Source: Leptospirales bacterium
Lineage (GTDB): Bacteria > Spirochaetota > Leptospiria > Turneriellales > JAOUFE01
Direction of reading: 5' to 3'
NCBI GenBank assembly: GCA_040326155.1
Contig: JBEQLE010000068.1
Coordinates: 1-23,932, forward strand
DNA length: 23,932 bases
The notes under the pieces are model-generated. The model was not told the origin of the DNA and ran no database searches. It was given only the letters and a program-made list of their open reading frames with translations. Of this stretch, positions 7,661 through 16,906 are shown piece by piece (position 1 is the stretch's first letter; every line of letters begins with the position of its first letter). The position numbers and the translations under genes are program-made.

Positions 7661-10120
7661 ATGCTTGGTAAACGCACAAAATTAGAAAAAATACTTTGTT
7701 TTGAAAAGTCTCTGGTCTCCTTGTTTCTGGCAATCGCCTTATTTGGAGGAGGGCTGTTAGGGGTAATTTTATATAAAGTTGAATCTCGTGATCATATCCA
7801 AAAGCTAGCCTCGTTTCGTCCAAATCTTCCTACCCGCTTGTATGATATTAATGGCAAACTTATTGCTGAACTTTTTCAACATAAAAGAAAACTGGTTAAG
7901 TTTCAAGATATTCCGCGATCTGTGGTGATTGCTCTTTTAGCCGTAGAAGATAGCAAGTTTTACGACCACTTTGGCGTCGACTTTATGGGTATTGTAAGAG
8001 CTATGATAGAAAATATCAAAGCCGGAAAAATTGTTCAGGGTGGGTCTACCATTACCCAGCAGCTGGTGAAGGGGCTTTTTACAAAAGGTGAAAAGAAATT
8101 AACCCGAAAAGTATCAGAGGCAATTTTAGCGCTCGAAGTAGAAAGAAAGTTTTCTAAAGATGAAATACTCGAAATGTATTTTAACCAGATTTACTATGGG
8201 CATGGGGCCTATGGAATCGCCAGTGCGGCTAGATTTTATTTCGATAAAGATGTCTCCGAGTTAAATATTATGGAAGGTTCTATATTAGCCGCTTTGCCAA
8301 AATCTCCGCATACGTTTTCTCCTATTCGTAATTTTCATAAAGCCTATAAAAGAAATCGGGTTGTGTTAAACAGACTGGTTGAGCTTAAATATATAACCCA
8401 AGAAGAGTCCGATAGAATGTATGCCACATTCTGGCCTGAATACTGGAAAAGAATTGTATTGATTCCGCCATCTGCAAATATTTTTGGTCAAAAATCGAAT
8501 AAAGCACCGTATTTTACGGAGCATGTTCGACAACGACTTGAAAAACGCTATGGTGACGAAAAGTTGTATGGACTCGGGTTACAAGTCTATACTACGTTAA
8601 ATCTGGATCACCAGGAGGCGGCTGAGAAAGCGCTTCTGCCAAAACTGGAAGCTCAAGATCGTACAGCCAGATATTATAACGTTTCTGTCGGTGGAATGGA
8701 CAGAGAAATGCTCGATTTCTACAATCAACTGCGTATGATTTTGCCATTGTCGGGTGTGGTGCGTAAGTACTCTTTAAAAGCTGATTTCAGGCAAAAATTT
8801 AAACTACGAATGAATGATGGCTTCGATCTTCTCAGCATGAATGTTCCCGCTGATAAAATCAACAAATACGCTGTTGAATTTTCCCGGGACTCACGAGAAT
8901 TTAAGAATAATATAGTAGTGCAAGGTGCATTTATTTCAATGGAACCTGCCACGGGTAGAATTACCGCCATGATCGGAGGTCGGGAATTTAAAGCCTCCGA
9001 CCAGTTTAACCGAGCCGTCTCTGCCAGAAGGCAACCAGGAAGCGCTTTTAAACCTTTTGTGTACGGGGCCGCTTTAGAAGACAGGGCCGTCCATTATTCC
9101 AGTGGTTTTTTAGACGCGCCTATTATGAATCTTGAAAGTGATGGCAGCATGTGGGCACCGACAAACTACTTTGATGAATATCGAGGTTACGTTTTATTGC
9201 ATCGCGCTCTGGCTATGTCCTTAAATCTGGTTTCCGTTCAGGTTTATGACAGAATTGGTCCCGGTAAAGTGATTGATTTTGCCAGCAGGTTGATGAAAGT
9301 TCCGGCAAACCGTTTTCAGCCCAATCCTTCGTTGGCGCTTGGTTCATCTGAAGTGACTCCTCTTGAACTAATGTTAGGTTTTTCTGTTGTTGCAAATGGT
9401 GGAAAAGATCTTATTCCTCATACTATTCGGTACGTTACCGACCGAGATGGTAATGTAATTTATGATAAAGAAGCTGAAATTGCATTTGAGTTAAACGAGA
9501 AGCTGAAAAAAGATGAATTACAGTTAATTGAACCTTCCATTGCTTATATTTTACAGGAAATGCTGATTGGAGTAGCCACTCGCGGAACCGCCGTTTGGGG
9601 TATAAAACGTGAAGCCCATTATTATGGTCCGGCAGCAGGTAAAACTGGTACAACAAGCGCCTGGAACGACGCCTGGTTTGCAGGTTATAACGGAGAAATT
9701 ACCGCAGTTGTCTGGATGGGTCTGGACAATGGCAGTATGACTCTTGGCCGTCACCAATCTGGGGGATCTTTATGCACGCCGGTTTGGGGTGAGTTTATGC
9801 GCAGCATTTATAAAGACTCCGGTAAACAATCGCCCAAGATCGATCGAACCCGCCCCGGAGATGTACGTGTTGTTGGCGTGTGCAATGTAATGGGTAAATA
9901 TGCCAATCCCGAATGTCCCGATAAATTTCCAATGACCCGTTCTTATTTTCCACCACCACGCAAAGTCGGCGGCGAAAGGCAAGCTGTAAGCGAAGGGTAT
10001 TGCGATTGTAATTATGAAAAGACCAGAGGTATACTAGATTACGTCCAGGAAGATGCAAAACTCAGTGACGAAGATTTAGGAAAAACCAAAAATTATCGAA
10101 GTAACTTCGGGAATGAATAG
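7661..10120 (+). CDS. mrcA: Class A penicillin-binding protein 1A (transglycosylase/transpeptidase)
   Basis: N-terminal TM helix. GT51 motifs EDSKFYDHFG, GGSTITQQLVK and RKVSE. Transpeptidase motifs SAFK (SxxK), SLN (SxN) and KTG. GGAAGG precedes ATG 7661. Confidence 0.93.
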   Translation: MLGKRTKLEKILCFEKSLVSLFLAIALFGGGLLGVILYKVESRDHIQKLASFRPNLPTRLYDINGKLIAELFQHKRKLVKFQDIPRSVVIALLAVEDSKFYDHFGVDFMGIVRAMIENIKAGKIVQGGSTITQQLVKGLFTKGEKKLTRKVSEAILALEVERKFSKDEILEMYFNQIYYGHGAYGIASAARFYFDKDVSELNIMEGSILAALPKSPHTFSPIRNFHKAYKRNRVVLNRLVELKYITQEESDRMYATFWPEYWKRIVLIPPSANIFGQKSNKAPYFTEHVRQRLEKRYGDEKLYGLGLQVYTTLNLDHQEAAEKALLPKLEAQDRTARYYNVSVGGMDREMLDFYNQLRMILPLSGVVRKYSLKADFRQKFKLRMNDGFDLLSMNVPADKINKYAVEFSRDSREFKNNIVVQGAFISMEPATGRITAMIGGREFKASDQFNRAVSARRQPGSAFKPFVYGAALEDRAVHYSSGFLDAPIMNLESDGSMWAPTNYFDEYRGYVLLHRALAMSLNLVSVQVYDRIGPGKVIDFASRLMKVPANRFQPNPSLALGSSEVTPLELMLGFSVVANGGKDLIPHTIRYVTDRDGNVIYDKEAEIAFELNEKLKKDELQLIEPSIAYILQEMLIGVATRGTAVWGIKREAHYYGPAAGKTGTTSAWNDAWFAGYNGEITAVVWMGLDNGSMTLGRHQSGGSLCTPVWGEFMRSIYKDSGKQSPKIDRTRPGDVRVVGVCNVMGKYANPECPDKFPMTRSYFPPPRKVGGERQAVSEGYCDCNYEKTRGILDYVQEDAKLSDEDLGKTKNYRSNFGNE

Positions 10121-10128
10121 AGCTCTGC

Positions 10129-11220
10129 ATGGGTTTTTTGTATAAACTAATACGCCCACTTGTTTTCAGAATTGACCCTGAATTAACACACAAAATGGCA
10201 GTTACATCTTTACGATGCAAAACCAGAATTCTACCTGGCAAGGTAAAATCTACACCCAAACTTCAAAAAACCATTTTTGGTAAAAGAATAGCTAACCCGA
10301 TCGCCCTGGCTGCCGGATACGATAAAAATGGGGTTTTAATCGACAGTTTACCGGGTCTTGGTTTTTCTTATGGGGAAATTGGCACTTTTACAAAAAAAGA
10401 ACAAATGGGAAACCCTGGTAAACGAATTTTTCGTTACCCAAAGGAGAATGCCATTTTTAACCGTATGGGTTTTAATAACCCCGGTATTGAAAAAGGTTTG
10501 GAAAATATTCTATTATCTAAAAATAAGGACGTTCCTTTTGCCATAAGCATCGGTAAATCGAAAGAGACGAAGCCTGCTGAGGCAGTTAAAGACTACCTTG
10601 AAATTGTTACTAAAATAAATGCCATGCAGGCGAAATCTAAAGACAAAATACTCTATATTGCCATTAACATCTCCTCGCCGAACACACCAGGTCTTCGCGA
10701 GCTGCAAAAAGCTGGAGCCCTCCAATCGTTGCTGGGCGATATTCGCGCTGCGACAGAGTGTTCCCTGGTGGTAAAATTTGCTCCCGATTTTTCCAGTAAA
10801 AAAGATTTTCGAGTGGCAGTAGAAAAAGCTCTGAAATCGGGTGTGGACGGGTTTATCGTTACAAACACATCCACCGATTACTCTTTGTTGAACTCGCTTC
10901 CAGAATCTGTGTCGAAGCTGGGTGGGGGTATTTCCGGCGAACCTATAAAAGCAAAGTCCATCGATTATTTAAAACAGATTATCGATATTGTGGGTAATGA
11001 TGTTCCGGTTATTTCATCAGGTGGTATAATGACCCCGGAAGATGCCTGGCAGCGTCTGTTGCTGGGGGCCGACCTGGTGCAACTTTATTCCGGAATTATA
11101 TATTATGGTCCCAACCTTGCCAAAGATTGTAATACGTATATTGCACGCCAAATGGAAAAGTTTGGACTTACCGATTTAGATAATGTAAAATATTATAGAG
11201 ACGATTTATTAAAAGAGTAA
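10129..11220 (+). CDS. pyrD: Quinone-dependent dihydroorotate dehydrogenase (class 2)
   Basis: DPELTH, LAAGYDKNG, NRMGFNNPG, NISSPNTPGLR (catalytic Ser), VTNT, GGISG and GADLVQLYSG. Confidence 0.96.
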   Translation: MGFLYKLIRPLVFRIDPELTHKMAVTSLRCKTRILPGKVKSTPKLQKTIFGKRIANPIALAAGYDKNGVLIDSLPGLGFSYGEIGTFTKKEQMGNPGKRIFRYPKENAIFNRMGFNNPGIEKGLENILLSKNKDVPFAISIGKSKETKPAEAVKDYLEIVTKINAMQAKSKDKILYIAINISSPNTPGLRELQKAGALQSLLGDIRAATECSLVVKFAPDFSSKKDFRVAVEKALKSGVDGFIVTNTSTDYSLLNSLPESVSKLGGGISGEPIKAKSIDYLKQIIDIVGNDVPVISSGGIMTPEDAWQRLLLGADLVQLYSGIIYYGPNLAKDCNTYIARQMEKFGLTDLDNVKYYRDDLLKE

Positions 11221-11228
11221 AACCCGAT

Positions 11229-11255
11229 TAAGAATCGAGCTGGAAACGTCGAAAA
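11229..11255 (+). promoter_or_regulatory. Candidate sigma28 (FliA) promoter for the 11272 gene
   Basis: TAAG-N15-GTCGAAAA versus consensus TAAA-N15-GCCGATAA: correct spacing, 3 mismatches, intergenic. Confidence 0.35.
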
Positions 11256-11271
11256 TGAGTCCAGAGACAAC

Positions 11272-11931
11272 ATGAAGATACAAATTACGCCTTTTCGAAA
11301 ACTCATAACTTTTTCTGCCGTTGCCATTCTCACTCTGGCTATTGCGCCTAAAGTGAAAGCCCAGATGGGCGAACAGGGAAAATTATTTGAAACTTTGCCA
11401 TCTACCGTAATTGCTTTTCCTTTTGGAATAGAAGATTATAAGAATAAAATTATGGAAGTTGGTGACTATTACATCTGGTCTTCCAAAAAACTCGAATCGT
11501 GGGCAGATTCTCAAGGGTATAAAATTACGACAGATAGTCCTGCCGGCGGGTATCAGTATAATCGAGGAATGGTTTTTTTCTCCCCGGGGTTAACCTTTCT
11601 ATTGAAAAAGCATGTCAACCAGCGGGCCACCGACCGAAATTCCGGTTGGACTCTGGTTTTAGATATGGGCATTATTCGCAAGAAAACTCTTTTAGAAACT
11701 CAGAATATCAATAATCTCGGTTATGAAAATATTCTTCGATATGAAATCTTTATCGACGGCATTTTTTACAGGAAAATAGAAATCGGATACGACCGTAACG
11801 TAAAATCGCCTATTCGCGTATATATACCGTACATCCGTGACGATGCAGGAGATGTAACTGTAGAATTAAGGCTTAAAAATCATCCGAAAAATTTCGGAAT
11901 TCTATACGATGCGTTTTTAGAGCTGAATTAG
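11272..11931 (+). CDS. Secreted hypothetical protein with a beta-rich C-terminal domain
   Basis: 219 aa. The signal peptide ends VKA|Q. Beta-strand pattern (YEIFIDG, IRVYIP, VTVELRL, LYDAFLE). Confidence 0.8.
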   Translation: MKIQITPFRKLITFSAVAILTLAIAPKVKAQMGEQGKLFETLPSTVIAFPFGIEDYKNKIMEVGDYYIWSSKKLESWADSQGYKITTDSPAGGYQYNRGMVFFSPGLTFLLKKHVNQRATDRNSGWTLVLDMGIIRKKTLLETQNINNLGYENILRYEIFIDGIFYRKIEIGYDRNVKSPIRVYIPYIRDDAGDVTVELRLKNHPKNFGILYDAFLELN

Positions 11932-11947
11932 AGCTTTTTTGATTTAA

Positions 11948-12160
11948 TTAGCCAGCCGCTTGAGTATCTTCTTTTGCTTTTCTCACTTTTGGCATTACAA
12001 TTAATTTACCTTTGTAATGTCCGCATGAGGCGCAAACACGGTGAGACACACCATAGGATCCACAATTCGGGCAGGGTCTTAAGTTCGGTTTACCTAGTGC
12101 ATGATGTGCACGGCGAGAACGCTTTCGCGCTTTGGATGTTTTTCTTTTTGGGACTGGCAT
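11948..12160 (-). CDS. rpmF: 50S ribosomal protein L32 (zinc-binding C+ form)
   Basis: [19 protein letters not shown]...CPNCG...[12 protein letters not shown]. Confidence 0.97.
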   Translation of the reverse strand: MPVPKRKTSKARKRSRRAHHALGKPNLRPCPNCGSYGVSHRVCASCGHYKGKLIVMPKVRKAKEDTQAAG

Positions 12161-12168
12161 AGTTCGGT

Positions 12169-12197
12169 ACTTTTATTTTTATGAGACGATCTGTCAA
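12169..12197 (-). promoter_or_regulatory. Candidate sigma70 promoter of rpmF, probably giving a leaderless or very short-leader mRNA
   Basis: TTGACA (12197-12192), then 16/17 nt, then TAAAAG/AAAAGT, then 8-9 nt to ATG. No Shine-Dalgarno sequence. Confidence 0.5.
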
Positions 12198-12204
12198 TCT
12201 TTGC

Positions 12205-12831
12205 TTACAAGTTAAGAATATCCAAAAGTTGATTTATTTGCTGGTTTTTAAAGGCGTGGGAAGTACGGTTTACAATCAACCTTGCGTGACTTTCCAGAAT
12301 TGTTTCACCCTGTAATAGCTTATTTTCTTTGAGTGTCTGGCCTGTAGAAACAAGATCGACAATAACATCAGAAAGTCCTGTTAAGGGAGCAATTTCTATG
12401 GAGCCATAAAGCTCAATAATGCGGGCATGATACCCTTTTTCAAAAAAGAACTTAGAAGTCAGCTTCGGATACTTGGAAGCTACTTTTATGTTTCTTTTTT
12501 TCTTCCATCCTTCGTCATTTTCGGGGTAAGCTACGCATAGTTTGCAATGGCCGAAAGGGAGGTCTCCCGGAATGAGCACGTCAAAATCATGTTCCGCCAG
12601 CAGGTCATAACCGATAATACCGGCGTCACAGCTGCCTTGTTCTACATAGGTGCCCACATCTTTGGAACGTACCAGTAAAAATTCATAGTTCGTTTCTGGG
12701 TCTGAAAACATTAATTTCCTTGAATTTGGAAATGTTTTCATCGTAACAAGCTCGTGTTTGTACAAATAAGCCAGGCTCTCTTCGCTCATTCTCCCTTTGG
12801 GAAGCGCAACTCTGAAAGTGTCTTTTTTCAT
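12205..12831 (-). CDS. hisG: ATP phosphoribosyltransferase, short form (HisZ-dependent)
   Basis: 208 aa. VALPKGR, VRSKDVGTYVE, GIIGYDLL, ASKYP and LYGSIEIAPLTGLSDVIVDLVSTGQTLKENKL. The C-terminal regulatory domain is absent. Confidence 0.96.
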   Translation of the reverse strand: MKKDTFRVALPKGRMSEESLAYLYKHELVTMKTFPNSRKLMFSDPETNYEFLLVRSKDVGTYVEQGSCDAGIIGYDLLAEHDFDVLIPGDLPFGHCKLCVAYPENDEGWKKKRNIKVASKYPKLTSKFFFEKGYHARIIELYGSIEIAPLTGLSDVIVDLVSTGQTLKENKLLQGETILESHARLIVNRTSHAFKNQQINQLLDILNL

Positions 12832-12836
12832 TAATC

Positions 12837-13643
12837 TTAATTTGCGTTTTCTGGTATGGCCGAGGCTGCGCTTTGTTTCATAGAAACAAGTAGCAAGTAT
12901 TTTTTTGCGGCCTCTAAATATACGCTTGATTTAAAATTGTCGATAATATTAACGAGTAGATTTTTTGATTTCTCATAATCTTTTTTATAATAATAAATTC
13001 TAGCTAAATGGAACATGGCAATATCTTCTTTTTCCACAGGTTTAAGGTACCTTTTGACCCTCTCATATTGCTGAATCGATTTATCCAGGTCACTTCCAGA
13101 TTCATTGTAATAGGCGGAAAAAAACAGTGTAAATGCCGCCAGTCCGTCATTACTTACAGAGCCGGAATAACTTTCCAGTGAATTTGCAGTGTGTTCATCG
13201 TCTCCGAGTTCAATATAGATTAATGCTGATAAGAAACATCCACCATTGGCAAATTTAGTTTTAAAAGTTTTATTGCAAAGTGCGTCCGACTTTTCTGCCA
13301 GTTTTTGCAGACTTTCATTTTTTGTATCGGCAGTTACTTTAGAAATTTTGTCAAATTCATCTAATAATTCGTAAAACTTTTTGTTGTGGCTATCACGAGC
13401 CATAGAAATGACAAAAATAGATAATATTAAAAGTACAAATGCAGAAGAAACGCCAATAATAATCTGTTTGCCTATATTAGCATTCGATTGAAACCAGTGC
13501 TTTAAAGAGATCAACCAGTTTTCTATTATATTTCTTTCGATTTCTACAATATCTTTTGAGACAGTATGAATGCCATATTTTGAGTCTTGGTCTTTCTTTT
13601 TACGCGAACGTGTGCCTTTTCGCTTACTTGATTCTTCTTTCAT
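12837..13643 (-). CDS. Membrane-anchored TPR protein (YfgM-like)
   Basis: Basic N-terminus, one TM helix (IIIGVSSAFVLLILSIFVISM) and TPR-like helices (AMFHLARIYYYKKDYEKSKNLL). Overlaps the hisD stop (ATGA). Confidence 0.75.
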   Translation of the reverse strand: MKEESSKRKGTRSRKKKDQDSKYGIHTVSKDIVEIERNIIENWLISLKHWFQSNANIGKQIIIGVSSAFVLLILSIFVISMARDSHNKKFYELLDEFDKISKVTADTKNESLQKLAEKSDALCNKTFKTKFANGGCFLSALIYIELGDDEHTANSLESYSGSVSNDGLAAFTLFFSAYYNESGSDLDKSIQQYERVKRYLKPVEKEDIAMFHLARIYYYKKDYEKSKNLLVNIIDNFKSSVYLEAAKKYLLLVSMKQSAASAIPENAN

Positions 13644-15010
13644 GCTTCCAGGTCTAATATTCCATCCGTCTTGACAACTTTTTTATCAGAATTTTCAAAT
13701 CGGGCCAAAACTGAATAACCGTGCTCGTCAAATAGTCCTTCTTCCTTGCTCATAATTGTAATTGGGTCTTTGGAAGCCTCCAGTCCCTCCCGACTGACGT
13801 ATTGGTAGGTAATTCGACGAAAAAAAGTATGAACGCTTACTCCCGATGAAAACCGTGCGCCGCGATTGGTTGGTAAAATGTGGTTTGTCCCTGAAAAGTA
13901 ATCGCCGACGGCGACAGGGGCGTGTGGGCCGACAAATACACTGCCAGCAGCTGTTATTTTGGATAATATAGTCTCGTCTTCTTTGGTTTGAATTTCAAGG
14001 TGTTCTGGAGCGTATAGATTAGAAAATTCGATTGCCTCTTCTAAAGAATCGACAACAAGTATTCTTCCGTTTCTCTCCATTGCTTCGGATGTAATTTTTC
14101 GTCTTTCATTTCGTGACTGCAAAGCTTTTTCAATATGCTCTACAGTCTCGTTCGCGCTTTTTATAGAAGTTGTAAGTAAAATAGCAGATGCATTCTCATC
14201 ATGTTCTGCCTGTGCAAGTAGGTCATGGGCTAAATAAGCCGGGTTAGCTGTTTCATCTGAAATAATAAGCACTTCGGATGGACCCGCAAACGAATCAATA
14301 CCACATAGATTATTCGAAAAAACAAAGTTTTTAGCTGCGGCGACAAATACATTACCAGGCCCATAGATAAAATCTACCGGTTGAACTTCTTCTTCTGGTA
14401 TGCCATAAGCCATGCCAATTACCGCCTGAGCACCGCCAGCTTGTACAATACGATCTGCTCCGGCCATATGGGCAATCGCTTGTACAACCTCGGGGGTTTT
14501 TCCTGTTGCCGGGTCAGGTGGAGAGATGATCGTTATATCTTTTACACCTGCAATTTTTGCGGGTATTATTCCCATTAGTACACTCGATGGATAGCGGGCT
14601 TTACCACCGGGAACATAGAGAGCAACGCGGTCAAAAGGGACAAATTTCAGCCCAAGTTTGTTCGCTCCAACTTGCGTTTCAAGTGGGACAGGAATTTGTT
14701 GCTTATGAAATTCAGTTATATTTTCAGCCGCTGAAGCAAAAGCGGCTATTACTTCAGGTCTCTCTTTATTTAACTTGTTGTAGATGTTTTTTAGATCGTC
14801 TTGAGTTAAAACTAACGGGTCGGGGCGGGTTTTATCCCATTTCTCGGTATATTTTAATATTTTTTCTTTGGTTTGTTCGCGAAGATCTGCCGCAAGCGGT
14901 TCGATTACCTCAGACATGACTTTACCTAATTCAAGAGAGGACCGATATATAATTGCTTTCTTTTCTTCATTGTCAATATTACTCAAATAGTCTATTTGTA
15001 TTTTACCCAT
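13640..15010 (-). CDS. hisD: Histidinol dehydrogenase
   Basis: YVPGG..YPSSVLM, GGAQA, GPGNVFV, AGPSE, AQAEHD, APEHLE and GDYFSGTNHILPT. Confidence 0.97.
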   Translation of the reverse strand: MGKIQIDYLSNIDNEEKKAIIYRSSLELGKVMSEVIEPLAADLREQTKEKILKYTEKWDKTRPDPLVLTQDDLKNIYNKLNKERPEVIAAFASAAENITEFHKQQIPVPLETQVGANKLGLKFVPFDRVALYVPGGKARYPSSVLMGIIPAKIAGVKDITIISPPDPATGKTPEVVQAIAHMAGADRIVQAGGAQAVIGMAYGIPEEEVQPVDFIYGPGNVFVAAAKNFVFSNNLCGIDSFAGPSEVLIISDETANPAYLAHDLLAQAEHDENASAILLTTSIKSANETVEHIEKALQSRNERRKITSEAMERNGRILVVDSLEEAIEFSNLYAPEHLEIQTKEDETILSKITAAGSVFVGPHAPVAVGDYFSGTNHILPTNRGARFSSGVSVHTFFRRITYQYVSREGLEASKDPITIMSKEEGLFDEHGYSVLARFENSDKKVVKTDGILDLEA

Positions 15011-15139
15011 AGGGCAGTTTCGGATTTTTTAACAATTTGCAAAGCTTTTTGATTTTTCCTGTATTCCTGTTGACATTACATCTTCGGTCCACGGCATATC
15101 AAATAACCCAATGGGGATATTAAAAATAGAGGTGATGAT

Positions 15140-15727
15140 ATGATACAAGTAGGACAAAAAGCTCCCGAGTTTAAAGCGGACGCAGTAGTAGGAAAAGGTT
15201 TTAAAGAAGTTTCTTTATCGGATTATAAAGGTAAATATGTGGTATTGTTTTTTTATCCACTGGACTTTACTTTTGTATGCCCGACAGAAATTACTGCATT
15301 TTCAGACAAAGCTGCAGAATTTGAAAAAATTAATGCTCAAATTATCGGTGCAAGCGTAGATAGTAAGTTTAGTCACCTTGCATGGGTAGAGCAACCTAGA
15401 AGCGAAGGCGGTTTAGGCGATATTAACTTTCCACTCGTAGCTGATTTAACAAAAGAAATTTCACGTAGTTACAATGTATTAATTGAAGAAGTTGGAATTG
15501 CTCTACGCGGTGTATTTATTATCGATCCGGATGGCGTATTAAAAGTTCAAATGGTGAATAATAACAGTATTGGCCGTAATGTTGATGAAGTTTTACGACT
15601 GGTACAAGCTGACATATTTGTTTCAACACACGATGGGGAAGTTTGTCCTGCAAACTGGACTCCCGGTGGTGACTCTATGCATGCTGACGTTGATAAATCA
15701 AAAGAGTACTTTAAGTCTCACAGTTAA
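15140..15727 (+). CDS. ahpC: Typical 2-Cys peroxiredoxin (AhpC/Prx1)
   Basis: [13 protein letters not shown] (peroxidatic Cys), GEVCPANW (resolving Cys), GGLG and C-terminal YF. SD AGAGGTG. Confidence 0.95.
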   Translation: MIQVGQKAPEFKADAVVGKGFKEVSLSDYKGKYVVLFFYPLDFTFVCPTEITAFSDKAAEFEKINAQIIGASVDSKFSHLAWVEQPRSEGGLGDINFPLVADLTKEISRSYNVLIEEVGIALRGVFIIDPDGVLKVQMVNNNSIGRNVDEVLRLVQADIFVSTHDGEVCPANWTPGGDSMHADVDKSKEYFKSHS

Positions 15728-15736
15728 TTTCAGGGT

Positions 15737-15763
15737 GGGGGCGGGAAACCGCCCCTGTTTATT
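15737..15763 (+). terminator. Intrinsic terminator-like hairpin after ahpC
   Basis: GGGGCGG-GAAA-CCGCCCC stem-loop (15738-15755) with a GNRA loop, followed by TGTTTATT, 10 nt after the stop. Confidence 0.7.
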
Positions 15764-16906
15764 ATGAAAATCGGTTTTGACGCCAAGAGAGTTTTTTTCA
15801 ATGAAACCGGCCTCGGAAATTATAGCCGTACATTGGTTCACAGTCTCTGTTCGTTATTTCCTGAAAATGAATACCTGTTGTTTACTCCCCCCGTCGGAAA
15901 AAGGAAATCGCCAGAGAGACTAAAAGAATTTCAAAATCTTCCAGTTGTAACTATAAAAACCGGACAAAACTGGTTTTTGAAAAAAATGCATCCGCTTTGG
16001 CGGACTTTTTTTATTCAAAAACAGGTTAAAAACCTTGACATCGATATTTATCATGGATTGTCCCATGAATTGCCTGTTGGTTTGCAAAAATTAAATGTAA
16101 AAACCATCGTGACGATACACGATCTTATTTTTTTAAAATTCCCACAATGGTATAGTGCAATGGATGTCTGGACGCATTCGCGCAAAGCAAAATATGCATG
16201 TGAAGCCAGTGATACCATTGTAGCCATAAGCGAAAATAGTAAAAAAGATATTATACATTATTTCGGAATAAACCCTGAAAAAATTCAGGTTATTTACCAG
16301 GCGGTGAACCCTGTGTTTGAAAAAATCGTAGGCAAAACGCAGGTAAAAAAAGTAAAAGAAATTTATAACCTGCCCGAAAAATATATTATTTACGTAGGTT
16401 CTTTTAATTCGAGAAAAAATCTAAACATGCTGGTAAGCGCATTTTCTTTCATTCAAAACCGCAATACCACTCTCGTACTTCTTGGAAAAGGCCCGAAGGT
16501 TAAAAAAGAACTTCTTGAAATTATTGAAGAAAAACAAATAGATAAAAAAGTAATATTTTTAGAAGATGTTCCCACCCGGCATCTACCCGCACTTTACCGA
16601 GGAGCTGAATTTTCAGTTTATCCATCTCTTTATGAAGGCTTTGGTATACCCGTTATTGAATCTTTGTTTCAGAATACTCCGGTACTGCTTTCAAAAGGGG
16701 CTGCTCTGGAAGAGGCGGCGGGTCCGGGGGGTTTTTATACGGATGTTACTAATCCGTATAAGTTTGCGAAGGCCATCGACTTGTTACTTTCTAATCAGAA
16801 AAAATGCAGACAACTGGCCAGTGCAGGCAAAGTCCATGTCAGTAAATTTTCACAAAAATTCGCTGCTACGGCCATGATGAATCTATATAAGAAAACGCTT
16901 ACCTGA
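15764..16906 (+). CDS. Glycosyltransferase family 4 (GT-B)
   Basis: TGLGNYS, VTIHDLIF, IVAISENSKKDI, YVGSFNSRKN and YPSLYEGFGIPVIES (E-x7-E). Confidence 0.92.
   Translation: MKIGFDAKRVFFNETGLGNYSRTLVHSLCSLFPENEYLLFTPPVGKRKSPERLKEFQNLPVVTIKTGQNWFLKKMHPLWRTFFIQKQVKNLDIDIYHGLSHELPVGLQKLNVKTIVTIHDLIFLKFPQWYSAMDVWTHSRKAKYACEASDTIVAISENSKKDIIHYFGINPEKIQVIYQAVNPVFEKIVGKTQVKKVKEIYNLPEKYIIYVGSFNSRKNLNMLVSAFSFIQNRNTTLVLLGKGPKVKKELLEIIEEKQIDKKVIFLEDVPTRHLPALYRGAEFSVYPSLYEGFGIPVIESLFQNTPVLLSKGAALEEAAGPGGFYTDVTNPYKFAKAIDLLLSNQKKCRQLASAGKVHVSKFSQKFAATAMMNLYKKTLT

Noticed and set aside
15070..15100. Perfect TTGACA upstream of ahpC
   Set aside because: No convincing -10 at 16-18 nt spacing, so no promoter was called.
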